Source: Luteitalea sp.
GTDB lineage: Bacteria; Acidobacteriota; Vicinamibacteria; Vicinamibacterales; CAVVIG01
Assembly (NCBI GenBank): GCA_009380045.1
Contig: WHSN01000003.1
Coordinates: 4,299-68,298, forward strand
Length of the DNA stretch: 64,000 nt
Reading direction: 5' to 3'
Both the position numbers and the translations under genes were made by a program. This document shows, in pieces, positions 10,900 to 20,150 of this stretch. The notes under the pieces are model-generated. The model worked only from the letters and a program-made list of their open reading frames with translations, was not told the DNA's origin and did not search any database. Within the stretch, counting starts at the first letter, position 1. The number at the start of each line of letters is the position of its first letter.

Positions 10900-11112
10900 C
10901 TATTGAGAGAGATCACCGCCGGTAGCCGTGTCGGGTTTGGCGAGGCCGTTGCCCGCGAGTGCGGCGGCCCGGTGGTCGTGATCGAGCGGCATCCATCCGA
11001 GCATGGCCCCGACGTCGTCTGGAACATCGACGATGCCGCGTGAGATGACGAACGCCCCTTTCGGCGTGTGAACAGTTCCCCGAACGAGATGCGGATGTCG
11101 ATACCTGCTCAT
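10900..11112 (-). CDS. hypothetical small protein
   Basis: The internal ATG at 11112 gives MSRYRHPHLVRGTVHTPKGAFVISRGIVDVPDDVGAMLGWMPLD... The upstream part of the track ORF is Pro/Arg-rich. No family recognised. Confidence 0.3.
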   Translation of the reverse strand: MSRYRHPHLVRGTVHTPKGAFVISRGIVDVPDDVGAMLGWMPLDHDHRAAALAGNGLAKPDTATGGDLSQ

Positions 11113-11393
11113 TTGGCGTGTCCTTCTGCGTCTGAGTCGAGGCCGCGGACCTCGCGGTCCGTGCCGTGGGTGGTTCGTGCGAACCACAGTATGGGCAAGA
11201 GCAGGGCCATCGGCTTTCACACTCGGAACAGGCTTTTCATGCGGAATTGTCGGGGTGGGCGGTTCCAGGGGTCGAATACGACTTACAGGTTTGTCTCCCA
11301 ATCACAGTTCCGTTTCGCGCTCGCAGCTGACCTGCGGAACGTCAGGGCGAATAGAGCCTCGATCGAGCGAACCTGAAGGTACGTCAACTTTAC

Positions 11394-11600
11394 TTAGTCG
11401 TCTTTAACAGCAGAGCTCAAGTCATCCGCATCGGCCGCCGGACAGGCGGGGGTGGCGTTCAGGAGCTCGGTCAGTTCCTGTTTTTGCTTCAGGGCGAGCT
11501 CATGGGCATGAACGCCAGAAAATCCAACAAGATAGGTCCCGCCCGACACGACGTACCATTCGCCGGCGCGGGGCGATGCAAGCTCGATCTGGACTCGCAT
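11394..11600 (-). CDS. hypothetical small protein
   Basis: The internal ATG at 11600 gives MRVQIELASPRAGEWYVVSGGTYLVGFSGVHAHELALKQKQELTELL... No family recognised. Confidence 0.35.
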   Translation of the reverse strand: MRVQIELASPRAGEWYVVSGGTYLVGFSGVHAHELALKQKQELTELLNATPACPAADADDLSSAVKDD

Positions 11601-11726
11601 GATGACCTGCCTCCTGGCCGAACATGAGCAATGGCCGCGCCCACCCGTCTGGCGGGCCCTATTCCGGACGGTTGAGCGCCGGACAGGCGCCACCGCCGCC
11701 TCGGCGGATGGCTCGAGCCGCCATTG

Positions 11727-13235
11727 CTACCTCTTGATGAGAACGGCGCCCGACACCGGGTGCACGTACCGCGCATCGCTACGGCCGAGCGCGGCCGGGA
11801 CGTCGTAGCCGCCTGGCACGAGCAGAAAATCGAACGCTGAGGTCGGCGGCCTGTCGCTGATGACGATGTCGACAGCATCCGTGCGATCGAGCGCCCGGTA
11901 GAAGAGCAGCGTTGGTTCATAGAGAGGGTGCGCAACAAGCCGGACCGGCCGGCCGGTTGAACGCGCCTGCTGCTCCACGATCCTGAACAGATCCCGCGTG
12001 CCCGCGTCGTATCGCCAGGTGTGGAAATGGGTGACGTTCAGCTCTGCGATGTACTGTCCTGCGACGAGCGCCAGCAGCGTCAGACCCAGGCGGGAGAGGC
12101 GGCGTGCGGTGCGACCTCCATGCTGCGACGCCGCCACCAGCGAAAGCAAACTGAGCGTCACCAGGAAAATGAAATACAGGCCGGTTCTGCCGATCGGATA
12201 CGGGATGCCTTGGGTGACGTGCGCTCCGACGACGAGCAGCAGCGTCAGCGCCAGTGTGGCGCCGATCAGAACCGGAAGCGATGGGTCAGGCAGTACCGGG
12301 TCGGATGCGTCGCGAGGCACGGGTCGGCGCCGCACGACCGCGGCTCCGGCGGCAACCACAGCCACGAGCACAATCAGCGGCAGTCCGGCTCGCGTTGTCC
12401 ACTCGGTTGCTTGCGTGACCATCGTGCTGCCGGTCCACGCGTTGTGGTGGTGCTGCAGCGACGGCTCGACCAGCGACCGGACAGTCTCCGTCAGGCGGTC
12501 CACCCCCAGCGTGAACTGTTCCCGCCGTGCCTGCTGCAACGGTGCGACCAGAAGCGCCGCACAGATGCTCAGGCCCGGAGCGACGAACCAGATCGCCAGA
12601 GTCCTGGCTCGCACACCGAGCCGGTCGCGATGCGGCGCCGGCTGCAGCCAGATCGCGATCGACACGAGGGCGAGGCCGGTTCCGGGGAACGCGAAGGTGA
12701 GGTTCGAGCATACCGACAGCGCAAGCGCGATCGATGCGAGCAGGTATCGGCGTGGGTGCGGCCGACCTTCGTCCATGGCGATTCGAGCGCTGACGTACGT
12801 GGCAAAGGCCAGAAAGGCCAGGCCGAGACCGTAGCCGCGGGCGGCGACGAAGAAGTCGAGCACGAACGGGTTCAGCACGAGAAGGCTGACCGCCAGCAAC
12901 TGCGTCCACGGATCGTCAGTGAGCAATCGGCTCAGCCGCACCGCGGTCCAGAAGAACAGGCCCGCTGCGGCCAGGGTCGGCACGCGCAGCGAGAGCTCGG
13001 AAACGCCCAGCGCCGCGACGCTGGCTTCTGCCAAGATGCTGAACAGCAGATGGTTGTTCGGGTTGTAATAGACAAAGATCTGGCCGATCGGACCGGCAAG
13101 CAGAAAGTTGTAGGTATACGCCTCGTCGTAGGTGATTGCCTGCGTGACGGCCCGGAACACGACGAGCGGCGCCGCAATCAGCAGCGGAACGAGCGGCGCG
13201 GAAAGGCGCAGGAGCGACCGGAGTGACCCGTTCAC
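11727..13235 (-). CDS. GT-C fold glycosyltransferase (ArnT/PMT, family 39-like) membrane protein
   Basis: About 12 TM segments. The N-terminal AITYDEAYTYNF..NNHLLFSILAEASV..LSLRVPTLAAAGLFFW is typical of dolichyl-phosphate-mannose/ArnT-like transferases. The start is ambiguous (GTG 13235, GTG 13256 or further upstream) because a 21-bp duplication covers it. Confidence 0.7.
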   Translation of the reverse strand: MNGSLRSLLRLSAPLVPLLIAAPLVVFRAVTQAITYDEAYTYNFLLAGPIGQIFVYYNPNNHLLFSILAEASVAALGVSELSLRVPTLAAAGLFFWTAVRLSRLLTDDPWTQLLAVSLLVLNPFVLDFFVAARGYGLGLAFLAFATYVSARIAMDEGRPHPRRYLLASIALALSVCSNLTFAFPGTGLALVSIAIWLQPAPHRDRLGVRARTLAIWFVAPGLSICAALLVAPLQQARREQFTLGVDRLTETVRSLVEPSLQHHHNAWTGSTMVTQATEWTTRAGLPLIVLVAVVAAGAAVVRRRPVPRDASDPVLPDPSLPVLIGATLALTLLLVVGAHVTQGIPYPIGRTGLYFIFLVTLSLLSLVAASQHGGRTARRLSRLGLTLLALVAGQYIAELNVTHFHTWRYDAGTRDLFRIVEQQARSTGRPVRLVAHPLYEPTLLFYRALDRTDAVDIVISDRPPTSAFDFLLVPGGYDVPAALGRSDARYVHPVSGAVLIKR

Positions 13236-13264
13236 CAAAGATCGTGACCCGTTCACCAAAGATA
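13223..13264. repeat. 21-bp tandem duplication (gtgacccgttcaccaaagat[c/a] x2)
   Basis: Read directly, 20/21 identical. On the minus strand it encodes SLVNGS twice, and each copy carries TTG-GTG candidate start codons for the glycosyltransferase. Confidence 0.95.
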
Positions 13265-13553
13265 GGTTCCCCCAGATCTGCGCCCGCCAGGACGATGTCA
13301 AGAAACGTTGACAACCGGGCGGACGTTCCACTACAAGAGAAGCATGTTTGCCGCCGCCGTCCGCGCGTGTTGTTGTGCCGGCTCATCTTCCGGCTCGATA
13401 TCACTGCGCACTCGGGAGGCCGTGGCGCTCTGAGCGCCTGAGGCTCAGGTAAACGTGGTTCGAAGGCCCGGAAGCACGCGCTTCTGGGCCGTTTGTCTTT
13501 CAAGCCCGACGCGTGCTCCCCGGTTGTCTTCCAGGCAGGGCCGCGCGGGACCA

Positions 13554-14243
13554 ATGCATCACAACGAATCGTCCAGACAGACCCGAGAGCGCAGGCTCGC
13601 CGTGTTCGAAGACCGGTACGGCGTCAATTCCTACGCGCGACTGATCACGATGCTCGGGCAGCCGTGCGTGACTTTCACCGAGATCGCAGAGCGATTCGGC
13701 GTCAGCCGCGAGCGCGCCCGCCAGTGGCAGCTGAAATATCTGCCTGACTCGCCCCGGGGGCACCAGCGACAGCGACTCTGCCTGCTTCAGCACGAGAAAC
13801 GGAAGTTGCTGACCGACCCGCTGTTTCGAGCGTTCTACCGTGATGCTCGCGGGCACTTCCGATCGGGCCAGTTCGTCCTCATTCGCGCCCGCGATGGATA
13901 TCGGAAACGCAGCGTGCGTCTCGGCCCGCACCTCGTCGCGATCAAGAACGCGCGCGCCATTCCGAGCAGCAAGCGTAGCGCCGCGACGTCGTACGTGCTG
14001 ACCAGCTCGGTGGCCCCAGCGGATTTCATCTATTACCGATTGGACGACGGCGAGTATCTGGTGGTGCCGCACAATCTGGTTCCGCGCGCCGGCACGACGT
14101 TCATCGACACCACCGCCTCGCGGTTCCGGCCCTATCGAAACACGTTTGCCGTGGTCCCGGGGACATCGCCGGCTCCTCAGTTGGACGATGTCCGCGACCA
14201 CCTGCGGGAAGGAGAGTCAGATGGCGCGGCGATTGGGCGATAA
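13554..14243 (+). CDS. hypothetical protein with N-terminal HTH (sigma-70 region-4-like) and uncharacterised C-terminal domain
   Basis: The ATG at 13554 gives MHHNESS... VTFTEIAERFGVSRERARQWQLKY is an HTH. No family was recognised for the C-terminal ~150 aa. Confidence 0.55.
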   Translation: MHHNESSRQTRERRLAVFEDRYGVNSYARLITMLGQPCVTFTEIAERFGVSRERARQWQLKYLPDSPRGHQRQRLCLLQHEKRKLLTDPLFRAFYRDARGHFRSGQFVLIRARDGYRKRSVRLGPHLVAIKNARAIPSSKRSAATSYVLTSSVAPADFIYYRLDDGEYLVVPHNLVPRAGTTFIDTTASRFRPYRNTFAVVPGTSPAPQLDDVRDHLREGESDGAAIGR

Positions 14244-14485
14244 CGCGGCAACCACGCGACACTGCGCGTGGTGCCGGCGACCACCCCGGTAGCGCCACAG
14301 TTCTTTCGACCTGTTCGATCGCATCCACTTTCGCCGGTGATCTCGACCGGGCCCTCCCCGCGAGCTCGACAACCCGAGAAGCACCGGGGCCGTTCCAGGC
14401 CCTGGCCTGCGGGTTGAACACGCGCGACATGGCAGGTAAGCTGGCGAATGCGCGGATGTGCGCGTCCAGACGTACAGGAGGCGAC

Positions 14486-15067
14486 ATGCTGAAGCGCGGT
14501 CTCGTGTGCGCGGCGTGGCTCGCCGGGTGCGCTGCCGGAACAGCGGCTCAGAAGCCTGCCCGGCTTCCGGTCACGTTGCAGGACCTGACCGTACCCCAAG
14601 CGCGTCTGCCTGCTGGCTGCAGCCTCGCTCCGATTGCGGCGGCTACCGATCACGATGTCGCTCGAGGCGGCCTGTGGGCTGGCCTCCCGATCCCGACCAA
14701 CCCGTGGATCGGCACAGAGAGGCGGCTCGTCGCGACCATCCGGAGCCGCATCGACGGTCCCCCACGCGCGCCTGATGGCCCGCCTCTCGCAGGTCGTGCG
14801 GCCTCGCGCTATTTTCTGCAGTCGGCAGATGGCGTGGAGGAAGCGTACGCCGCCATCTACCGGCAGCCTGAACCGGAACTGATTGTCGTGTACGCGCTGC
14901 GATTCGCGGTCGCCGGGAAAGATGTCGATCGCCCACGCTACGAGATCGGCCCCAAGGTCCAGACCGCTCCCCGCATCGAGTTCGGACCGATCACCGTCGT
15001 CGTGTCAGGGGAGCGAGGCGAGTGCTCGTACGCCGTTGAGTCGTATCTGCGCTCTCTGGATCGGTAG
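14486..15067 (+). CDS. hypothetical secreted protein/lipoprotein
   Basis: The internal ATG gives MLKRGLVCAAWLAGCAAGTAAQ, a signal peptide with a lipobox-like LAGC. ACAGGAGG lies upstream. Confidence 0.55.
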   Translation: MLKRGLVCAAWLAGCAAGTAAQKPARLPVTLQDLTVPQARLPAGCSLAPIAAATDHDVARGGLWAGLPIPTNPWIGTERRLVATIRSRIDGPPRAPDGPPLAGRAASRYFLQSADGVEEAYAAIYRQPEPELIVVYALRFAVAGKDVDRPRYEIGPKVQTAPRIEFGPITVVVSGERGECSYAVESYLRSLDR

Positions 15068-15181
15068 CCACGACTGTCGGCTGGGTCGAGCCACTTCCGT
15101 GGCATGGTGCGGCCGGACTGCCCGTGCGGTGGGGTTGCCAGTACAATCGCAGGCGAGCGACCCGGAGAGCGAGGCATCGAC

Positions 15182-15430
15182 ATGACCGACGAGGACCTGA
15201 AAGCGGAACTGGAACGACTCAAGGCGGAGAACGAGGCTCTCAAGAGCCAGCGTGGGCGCGGCGTCGGGTTGAAGGTCAGCGAGAAAGGCGGCGTGTCGGT
15301 TTACGGTCTGGGCCGGTTTCCAGTCACTCTCTACAAAGAGCAGTGGACCAGGCTGCTCGCCATGTCCGACGAGATCCGCGCCTTCATCAAAGAGCACGAT
15401 TCGGAGCTGAAGGCCCGGACCGAGACCTGA
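15182..15430 (+). CDS. hypothetical small coiled-coil protein
   Basis: MTDEDLKAELERLKAENEALKSQ.. followed by GGVSVYGLGRFPVTLYKEQW... No family recognised. Confidence 0.5.
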   Translation: MTDEDLKAELERLKAENEALKSQRGRGVGLKVSEKGGVSVYGLGRFPVTLYKEQWTRLLAMSDEIRAFIKEHDSELKARTET

Positions 15431-15485
15431 CTCCGGAATCGGCCGCACGGAGCCAACCACCGTTTGTTGGGCCGCGACGCTCGAT

Positions 15486-15505
15486 CTACATCCGGCTACA
15501 TCCGG
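15486..15505. repeat. perfect 10-bp tandem duplication (ctacatccgg x2) spanning a stop codon
   Basis: Read directly. The second copy holds the ..SRM-TAG end of the PH/SHOCT gene, and the first copy repeats it immediately downstream. Confidence 0.9.
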
Positions 15506-16140
15506 GACAGGATCTCGGCCTTCTTCGATTCGTATTCAGCCGCCGTGATCAGATCGGCGTCCGCCATCGCCTTCAGCTTCTGCAACGTCTGCACGGGGTC
15601 GTCGAAGGTGCGTGCGGCGGCCGGTTGATGTGACGCGGTCGGCGCGGCGCCGCCATGAAGCACTACCCCGCCGGCGACGGCACGCCGGTCTTCGAGCTCC
15701 CGGTGGCGGCGCTCTTCGTGGACCCTTTCTTCCATCTCCTGTGCCACCGCATACAGACGTCGAGCCTGCGCCCTGGGCAGGTACTCGACCGCGAGCACCT
15801 GTCCGGTCGTCGTGTGCAGCGTCAGGGTCGCGCCCATGAACCCTTCTTCCAACTGCGCGTCCTTCAACTCGCGCCAGACATAGTCCTCGAAGTTCGCGCC
15901 ACCAAGCAGCCTCGGCTTGTACAGAATGAACCGCTTGCTCGTGAGGACGACGCACTCGGGTGTGACGTTCACCATCGGCTTCTTCTGCACGGCGACGTAT
16001 GAGACCTCTTCGCCGCTCGTGAGGAGCTGCTCGACCCGCGCAAGAGCCTGTTCGACCATGACCGGATCCTGCTCCTCGTTCAAGAATCGCTTCAGCAGGC
16101 TGGTGGCCTGCGATGCTGGATCAGGTTGCTCGTCAGCCAT
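15496..16140 (-). CDS. bacterial PH-domain (YdbT/bPH_2-like) protein with C-terminal SHOCT domain
   Basis: EEVSYVAVQKKPMVNVTPECVVLTSKRFILYKP...ATLTLHTTTGQ is bPH-like. The C-terminal LQKLKAMADADLITAAEYESKKAEILSRM is a SHOCT motif. Confidence 0.7.
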   Translation of the reverse strand: MADEQPDPASQATSLLKRFLNEEQDPVMVEQALARVEQLLTSGEEVSYVAVQKKPMVNVTPECVVLTSKRFILYKPRLLGGANFEDYVWRELKDAQLEEGFMGATLTLHTTTGQVLAVEYLPRAQARRLYAVAQEMEERVHEERRHRELEDRRAVAGGVVLHGGAAPTASHQPAAARTFDDPVQTLQKLKAMADADLITAAEYESKKAEILSRM

Positions 16141-16176
16141 GCGCTCGTTCTCTCCGTGCCAACCGTCCGGTCGTCT

Positions 16177-17070
16177 TCACGGGTGGAGCGTCGCGCTGAC
16201 TCGTGTCTGCTGATTCGCGACCACTCGAACGGCGGCCGACCACCGTTGATATCCCTCAGCCTGGAGGCGGATGGCCCGCGATCCCGCGGGCACGTTCTTC
16301 AACTCGAGCGGCGTGAATCCAACCGGCTCCCCGTTGACGAACACTTGCGCGCCCTGGGGTTCGGAATGCACCGCAATCGATCCCCGGTATGGCGCGCCGG
16401 CGGGCCGTGAGGTTGCCGGAGAAGATGACACCCTCGGTGTGCGAGCGGTCGCCGGGGGCCGGCTTCGAGCCGAAGGGCCGCTGACCCGGACCTGGTTCGG
16501 CGGCGCCGGCACGACGACAGGCGGGAACACGAGCGGTGCGGCGGGCCTGCTGGCCGCCGGTTCGCCGGGAGGGGTCTCACGCGACACGCTCACGTCGGGT
16601 GGCGCGGCCGGAGCGATCGGGATTGACGCCGCCGTCGCCGCGGGCGCGGGTTGGCTCCAGATCGTCGCGACGCGACGTGCTGCCTGTCCACCGAATGGCC
16701 ACGTCACGAGCGCGCCCACGCCAGCTCCGCAGACGAAGGCCACAAGCGAGAGGTTGCGGCCCCACGGGTGAGCGCCGAACTTCCCCAGCGTCCAAGTGGG
16801 CATGTGCCTCGCCGGCAGCCGGCCCGCGACGAGACGATCGGTGAACCCGCTCAGCTGGCGCAGGAAGGCGAGCGAGCCACGTTGGAGCCGTGGCAGTGCG
16901 ACGACCCATACCGCGAGCCGGATCCTCGAGATGAAGCTCGAAAGTGGGTTGACGGCGCCGGCCGGTCGCCGCGGGGGGACCGCCTCGGTGGAGGCCTGTG
17001 CGCGCGCCTCTGGCAGAAACAGCAACAACGGGTCGTCGTTGTTTGCGTCGGGAACGGCCACCTCGTGCAT
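16177..17070 (-). CDS. PEGA-domain membrane-anchored protein
   Basis: The C-terminal GSIAVHSEPQGAQVFVNGEPVGFTPLELKNVPAGSRAIRLQAEGYQ is a PEGA domain. It is preceded by one TM segment and a Pro/Ala-rich linker. Start taken at the ATG at 17070. Confidence 0.7.
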   Translation of the reverse strand: MHEVAVPDANNDDPLLLFLPEARAQASTEAVPPRRPAGAVNPLSSFISRIRLAVWVVALPRLQRGSLAFLRQLSGFTDRLVAGRLPARHMPTWTLGKFGAHPWGRNLSLVAFVCGAGVGALVTWPFGGQAARRVATIWSQPAPAATAASIPIAPAAPPDVSVSRETPPGEPAASRPAAPLVFPPVVVPAPPNQVRVSGPSARSRPPATARTPRVSSSPATSRPAGAPYRGSIAVHSEPQGAQVFVNGEPVGFTPLELKNVPAGSRAIRLQAEGYQRWSAAVRVVANQQTRVSATLHP

Positions 17071-17429
17071 AGTGCGGTTCGGCTCCGAGCCTGCAGGGCA
17101 CGTCAATGTGCGACGTGCCTGACGGAGGCATCGTAACACCTACAGACTGAGCGGGTCGGCGCAATCTTATGCCAGTGACGCGTCCCGCGCCAAGGACGAC
17201 ACAGCGTGGACCTTGCAACGGCGGGCTCCAGCATCGAAGCAACTTCGCGGTTGCAGAGCGCTTCTTCGAGCGCCGCGCTCCCGTCGTGTGGCGCGCCCAC
17301 GGCGGGGGAGTTTTGGCGCCTGGTTCGGCGAGGGGCGGTGTCGAGGATGATACTGTCCGCGGGAACGATCGCGCATCCGGGCCATGCAAAGGCAGGCTCC
17401 GGCATCGCGATTCATTGCTACCATGAGGC

Positions 17430-17837
17430 ATGGCCCTCGACGAACGCGCCTTCTTCACGGAAAAACCTGAGACCAGACCCGGACGATACCAGTGCCCCAA
17501 GTGCCGGCGGACCGGGGACTACAGCATCCGGTGGATACGGCGCTCGAAGAAAGACCGACTGCCGGCCGGAGCCGACGAGGGCGACCGGGCCAAGTTCGCC
17601 AAGGTGCGCGACTACCTGCTCCGCCTCGACGACGAGGTGAGCTGCAAGACGTGCGGCAAGCGGTTCGAGATCCCGTCGCAACATTCCCTGGTGTTCGTCG
17701 ACCAGCTTGCGGGTCTTCCCAACGAGGAGGAGCTCGAACGGGAGATCAACGTCGCCTCTGGAGAGCCGGAACCGCCACCTGACACCAAGCCAGCGTTGCC
17801 GGCGCGGTTCACACGCAAGTCGAGCGGCTGGAAGTAG
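17430..17837 (+). CDS. hypothetical zinc-ribbon protein
   Basis: Two CxxC pairs (CPKCRR ... CKTCGK) and an acidic/Pro-rich tail. Confidence 0.55.
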   Translation: MALDERAFFTEKPETRPGRYQCPKCRRTGDYSIRWIRRSKKDRLPAGADEGDRAKFAKVRDYLLRLDDEVSCKTCGKRFEIPSQHSLVFVDQLAGLPNEEELEREINVASGEPEPPPDTKPALPARFTRKSSGWK

Positions 17838-17889
17838 CTCGTGAGCCGATGCGGCCTCCGATCGCGCATTCCCCGGTGGGAGGCAGGAC

Positions 17890-18393
17890 ATGCGCGCTCG
17901 GTTGGTTTCGCAAGCGGTGATCGCCATCCTCTGTCCTCTGGCTGCATCCGCGGGCGCGCAGTCCAGGCCGCCGACGGCACGCGTCACCCTCACCGGCGGT
18001 TACGCCGGGTTCGTCGATGACAGCTGGATCAACCACCAGGTTGTCGGCGGGGGCGCGGAGTGGGTAGTGACCCCTCGCATCGCCGTCGGGCCCGAGCTGC
18101 TCTACATGATCGGTCCGAGGGTAGATCGCGACCTCTTCGTCCTGGGGATGGCCCGATTCGGCATCCTTCCGTTCAGCCGTCGGGTCGTCCCGGTAGCGAT
18201 CGCCGGAGGTGGCTTCATGGTGCATTCGGATCGATTCAACGGCAGGACGTTTCGCAGCGCCGAAGGGGCATTCGTGTTTGGCGGCGGGGCACGCGTCGGG
18301 GTCACGCCGAACGTATACGTGACGCCCGAGCTCACCATGGGATGGGAGCCGCACGTGCGCGCCTCGGTGAACGTGGGGATCACGCTGCGCTGA
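17890..18393 (+). CDS. small outer-membrane beta-barrel protein (OmpW/OmpX-like size class)
   Basis: Signal peptide MRARLVSQAVIAILCPLAASAGAQS, alternating beta-strand pattern with Gly/aromatic residues, ending VNVGITLR. Confidence 0.6.
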   Translation: MRARLVSQAVIAILCPLAASAGAQSRPPTARVTLTGGYAGFVDDSWINHQVVGGGAEWVVTPRIAVGPELLYMIGPRVDRDLFVLGMARFGILPFSRRVVPVAIAGGGFMVHSDRFNGRTFRSAEGAFVFGGGARVGVTPNVYVTPELTMGWEPHVRASVNVGITLR

Positions 18394-18503
18394 GGCTCGA
18401 CACCGCTCCGTCCCGGCCCTCGGGGTACGAACGGACCGTCGGCGGAGGCCGCCGCCCGAGAGACGGGCGCGTCAGCGCGGTGGGGAAGTCGCGTCGGGCG
18501 CGC

Positions 18504-19910
18504 TCACGGGCGGCCTCTCAGGAGGCCGTTGTCAACGCGAGTGTTGTGCCCGACCCGACCACGTGGAATCTCATAGGGGGACAGGCCACAGCGGCGCGCC
18601 AGCACGCGGCGCGCGATGGCCCACGATCGCAGTCGCTCCGGTGGATCGACCAGGCTTGCCACGCGCGCGAACGCCACCGACAGCTCGTCATCGTGCTGCG
18701 CGGCCGCGAAGAACTGGCGCATCCAGGCGTTCATGGCTCGCAGCTGCACCGGGCGCGGTCCCCGGACCGAGGGGATCTGCAGATCGTTGGCCATACCCAC
18801 CATCCAGACCCGGCCGACGACACCCGCGATCTGGCGAAAGAAGCGCGGCGCCAGGTTGGGATCTCCGCTCGCAAGCAGGTTCCGCAGCGTCAGTGCTTCA
18901 AGCGCCGCGACGGTCATCCCTTGCGCGTAGGACGGATTGAAGGCGCAGATGGCGTCGCCGGTGACGAGCAGCCCCTCGGGAAAGCGCTCGAGCGCCTCGT
19001 AGTGGCGCCTGACATTGGCCGCCACGCCGTAGCTCGCGATGTCGTCGAGCGGTTCGCCCGATGTGACGATCTGTTCGATGTCCGGCATGCCCAGACTCGC
19101 GGCGTGGGCGGAGAGTCCTTCGGGGGTCGCGATCGGCTCGTACCCCGGGTATCCCAGGAGGCTGACACGAACGCGGCCGCCTTCGATCTGCTGCGCCAGC
19201 GCGCCTCGTGGACGACGTGCCGTCGCCGGGTAGACGAGCGCGGTCCGGCCGCGCATCACGTCGGCAGGCACGCGATACGTGCGGGAGGCGTAGCGAAGAT
19301 GAACCGGAACTCGCGTTTCAACCGGGCGCGGAAAGCCGAGCGCGCCCAGCCACTCCGGCGTGCGTGAGGTGCGTCCGGTTGCGTCCACGATCAGATCGGC
19401 TGCGAGGACCTTGCTCGAGTCGTCACTGAGCGAGCGGAACCGAATGCCGCAAACGCGGTTCGACGTCGCGACGAGCTCGAGCGCAGTGGTTGAGGGCCAC
19501 AGCTTCACGTGCGGCAGCGCCGTCACACGGCGTCGCACCGCGGCCTCGATCAGTCCGCGGCTGGCCGAGACGGCGCGCAAGCCGCACGGCACGTTCCGCA
19601 GCCGGTATCCATGCGGGCACCACGTCGTGTCGGCGAGGACGTCGCCGCCCACGGCGCCCGCCTCGAGCAGCTCGTTGCTGATTCCCGGGAGCAGCTCTTC
19701 GAATGCCCCGCCTCCCCGCGCGAGCAGCGCGTGAACGTGGCGACCCTGTGGCACCCCGCGGCGTGCGCCTGGCGCGTCCTGCGCCGCGTCGCGCTCGAGC
19801 ACCACCACGTCGTAGGTATCCGCGAGCACCCGGGCGGCGAGCAGGCCCGCAAGGCTTCCCCCCAGCACCACCGCACGACCCGCAAGCGATGAACCGACAC
19901 TCGATGACAC
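18504..19910 (-). CDS. FAD-dependent oxidoreductase/monooxygenase
   Basis: The N-terminal RAVVLGGSLAGLLAARVLADTYDVVVLERD is a GxGxxG dinucleotide-binding fold. 468 aa. Confidence 0.75.
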   Translation of the reverse strand: MSSSVGSSLAGRAVVLGGSLAGLLAARVLADTYDVVVLERDAAQDAPGARRGVPQGRHVHALLARGGGAFEELLPGISNELLEAGAVGGDVLADTTWCPHGYRLRNVPCGLRAVSASRGLIEAAVRRRVTALPHVKLWPSTTALELVATSNRVCGIRFRSLSDDSSKVLAADLIVDATGRTSRTPEWLGALGFPRPVETRVPVHLRYASRTYRVPADVMRGRTALVYPATARRPRGALAQQIEGGRVRVSLLGYPGYEPIATPEGLSAHAASLGMPDIEQIVTSGEPLDDIASYGVAANVRRHYEALERFPEGLLVTGDAICAFNPSYAQGMTVAALEALTLRNLLASGDPNLAPRFFRQIAGVVGRVWMVGMANDLQIPSVRGPRPVQLRAMNAWMRQFFAAAQHDDELSVAFARVASLVDPPERLRSWAIARRVLARRCGLSPYEIPRGRVGHNTRVDNGLLRGRP

Positions 19911-20150
19911 TGTTGACCTCCTGCTGGCAGACGTCGGTTTCCGGCGAGAGACCCTGCGATCTCGGCAGCGGGCTTCACCCGCCGACGAGGTGGTGAAGGC
20001 TGCGCGCCTCCATGATCGGCATCAGTCTGAAGGCTTCGCCGGCTGGCAGTCCTGAGCGAATCGTGAGCGAACCGTGAGGTTTCGGTCATAGATGGACGGG
20101 GGCGAGGGCGGGAGCGCGCCGGCGCGCCGGTTCTGGGGCAGAATGCGGCG

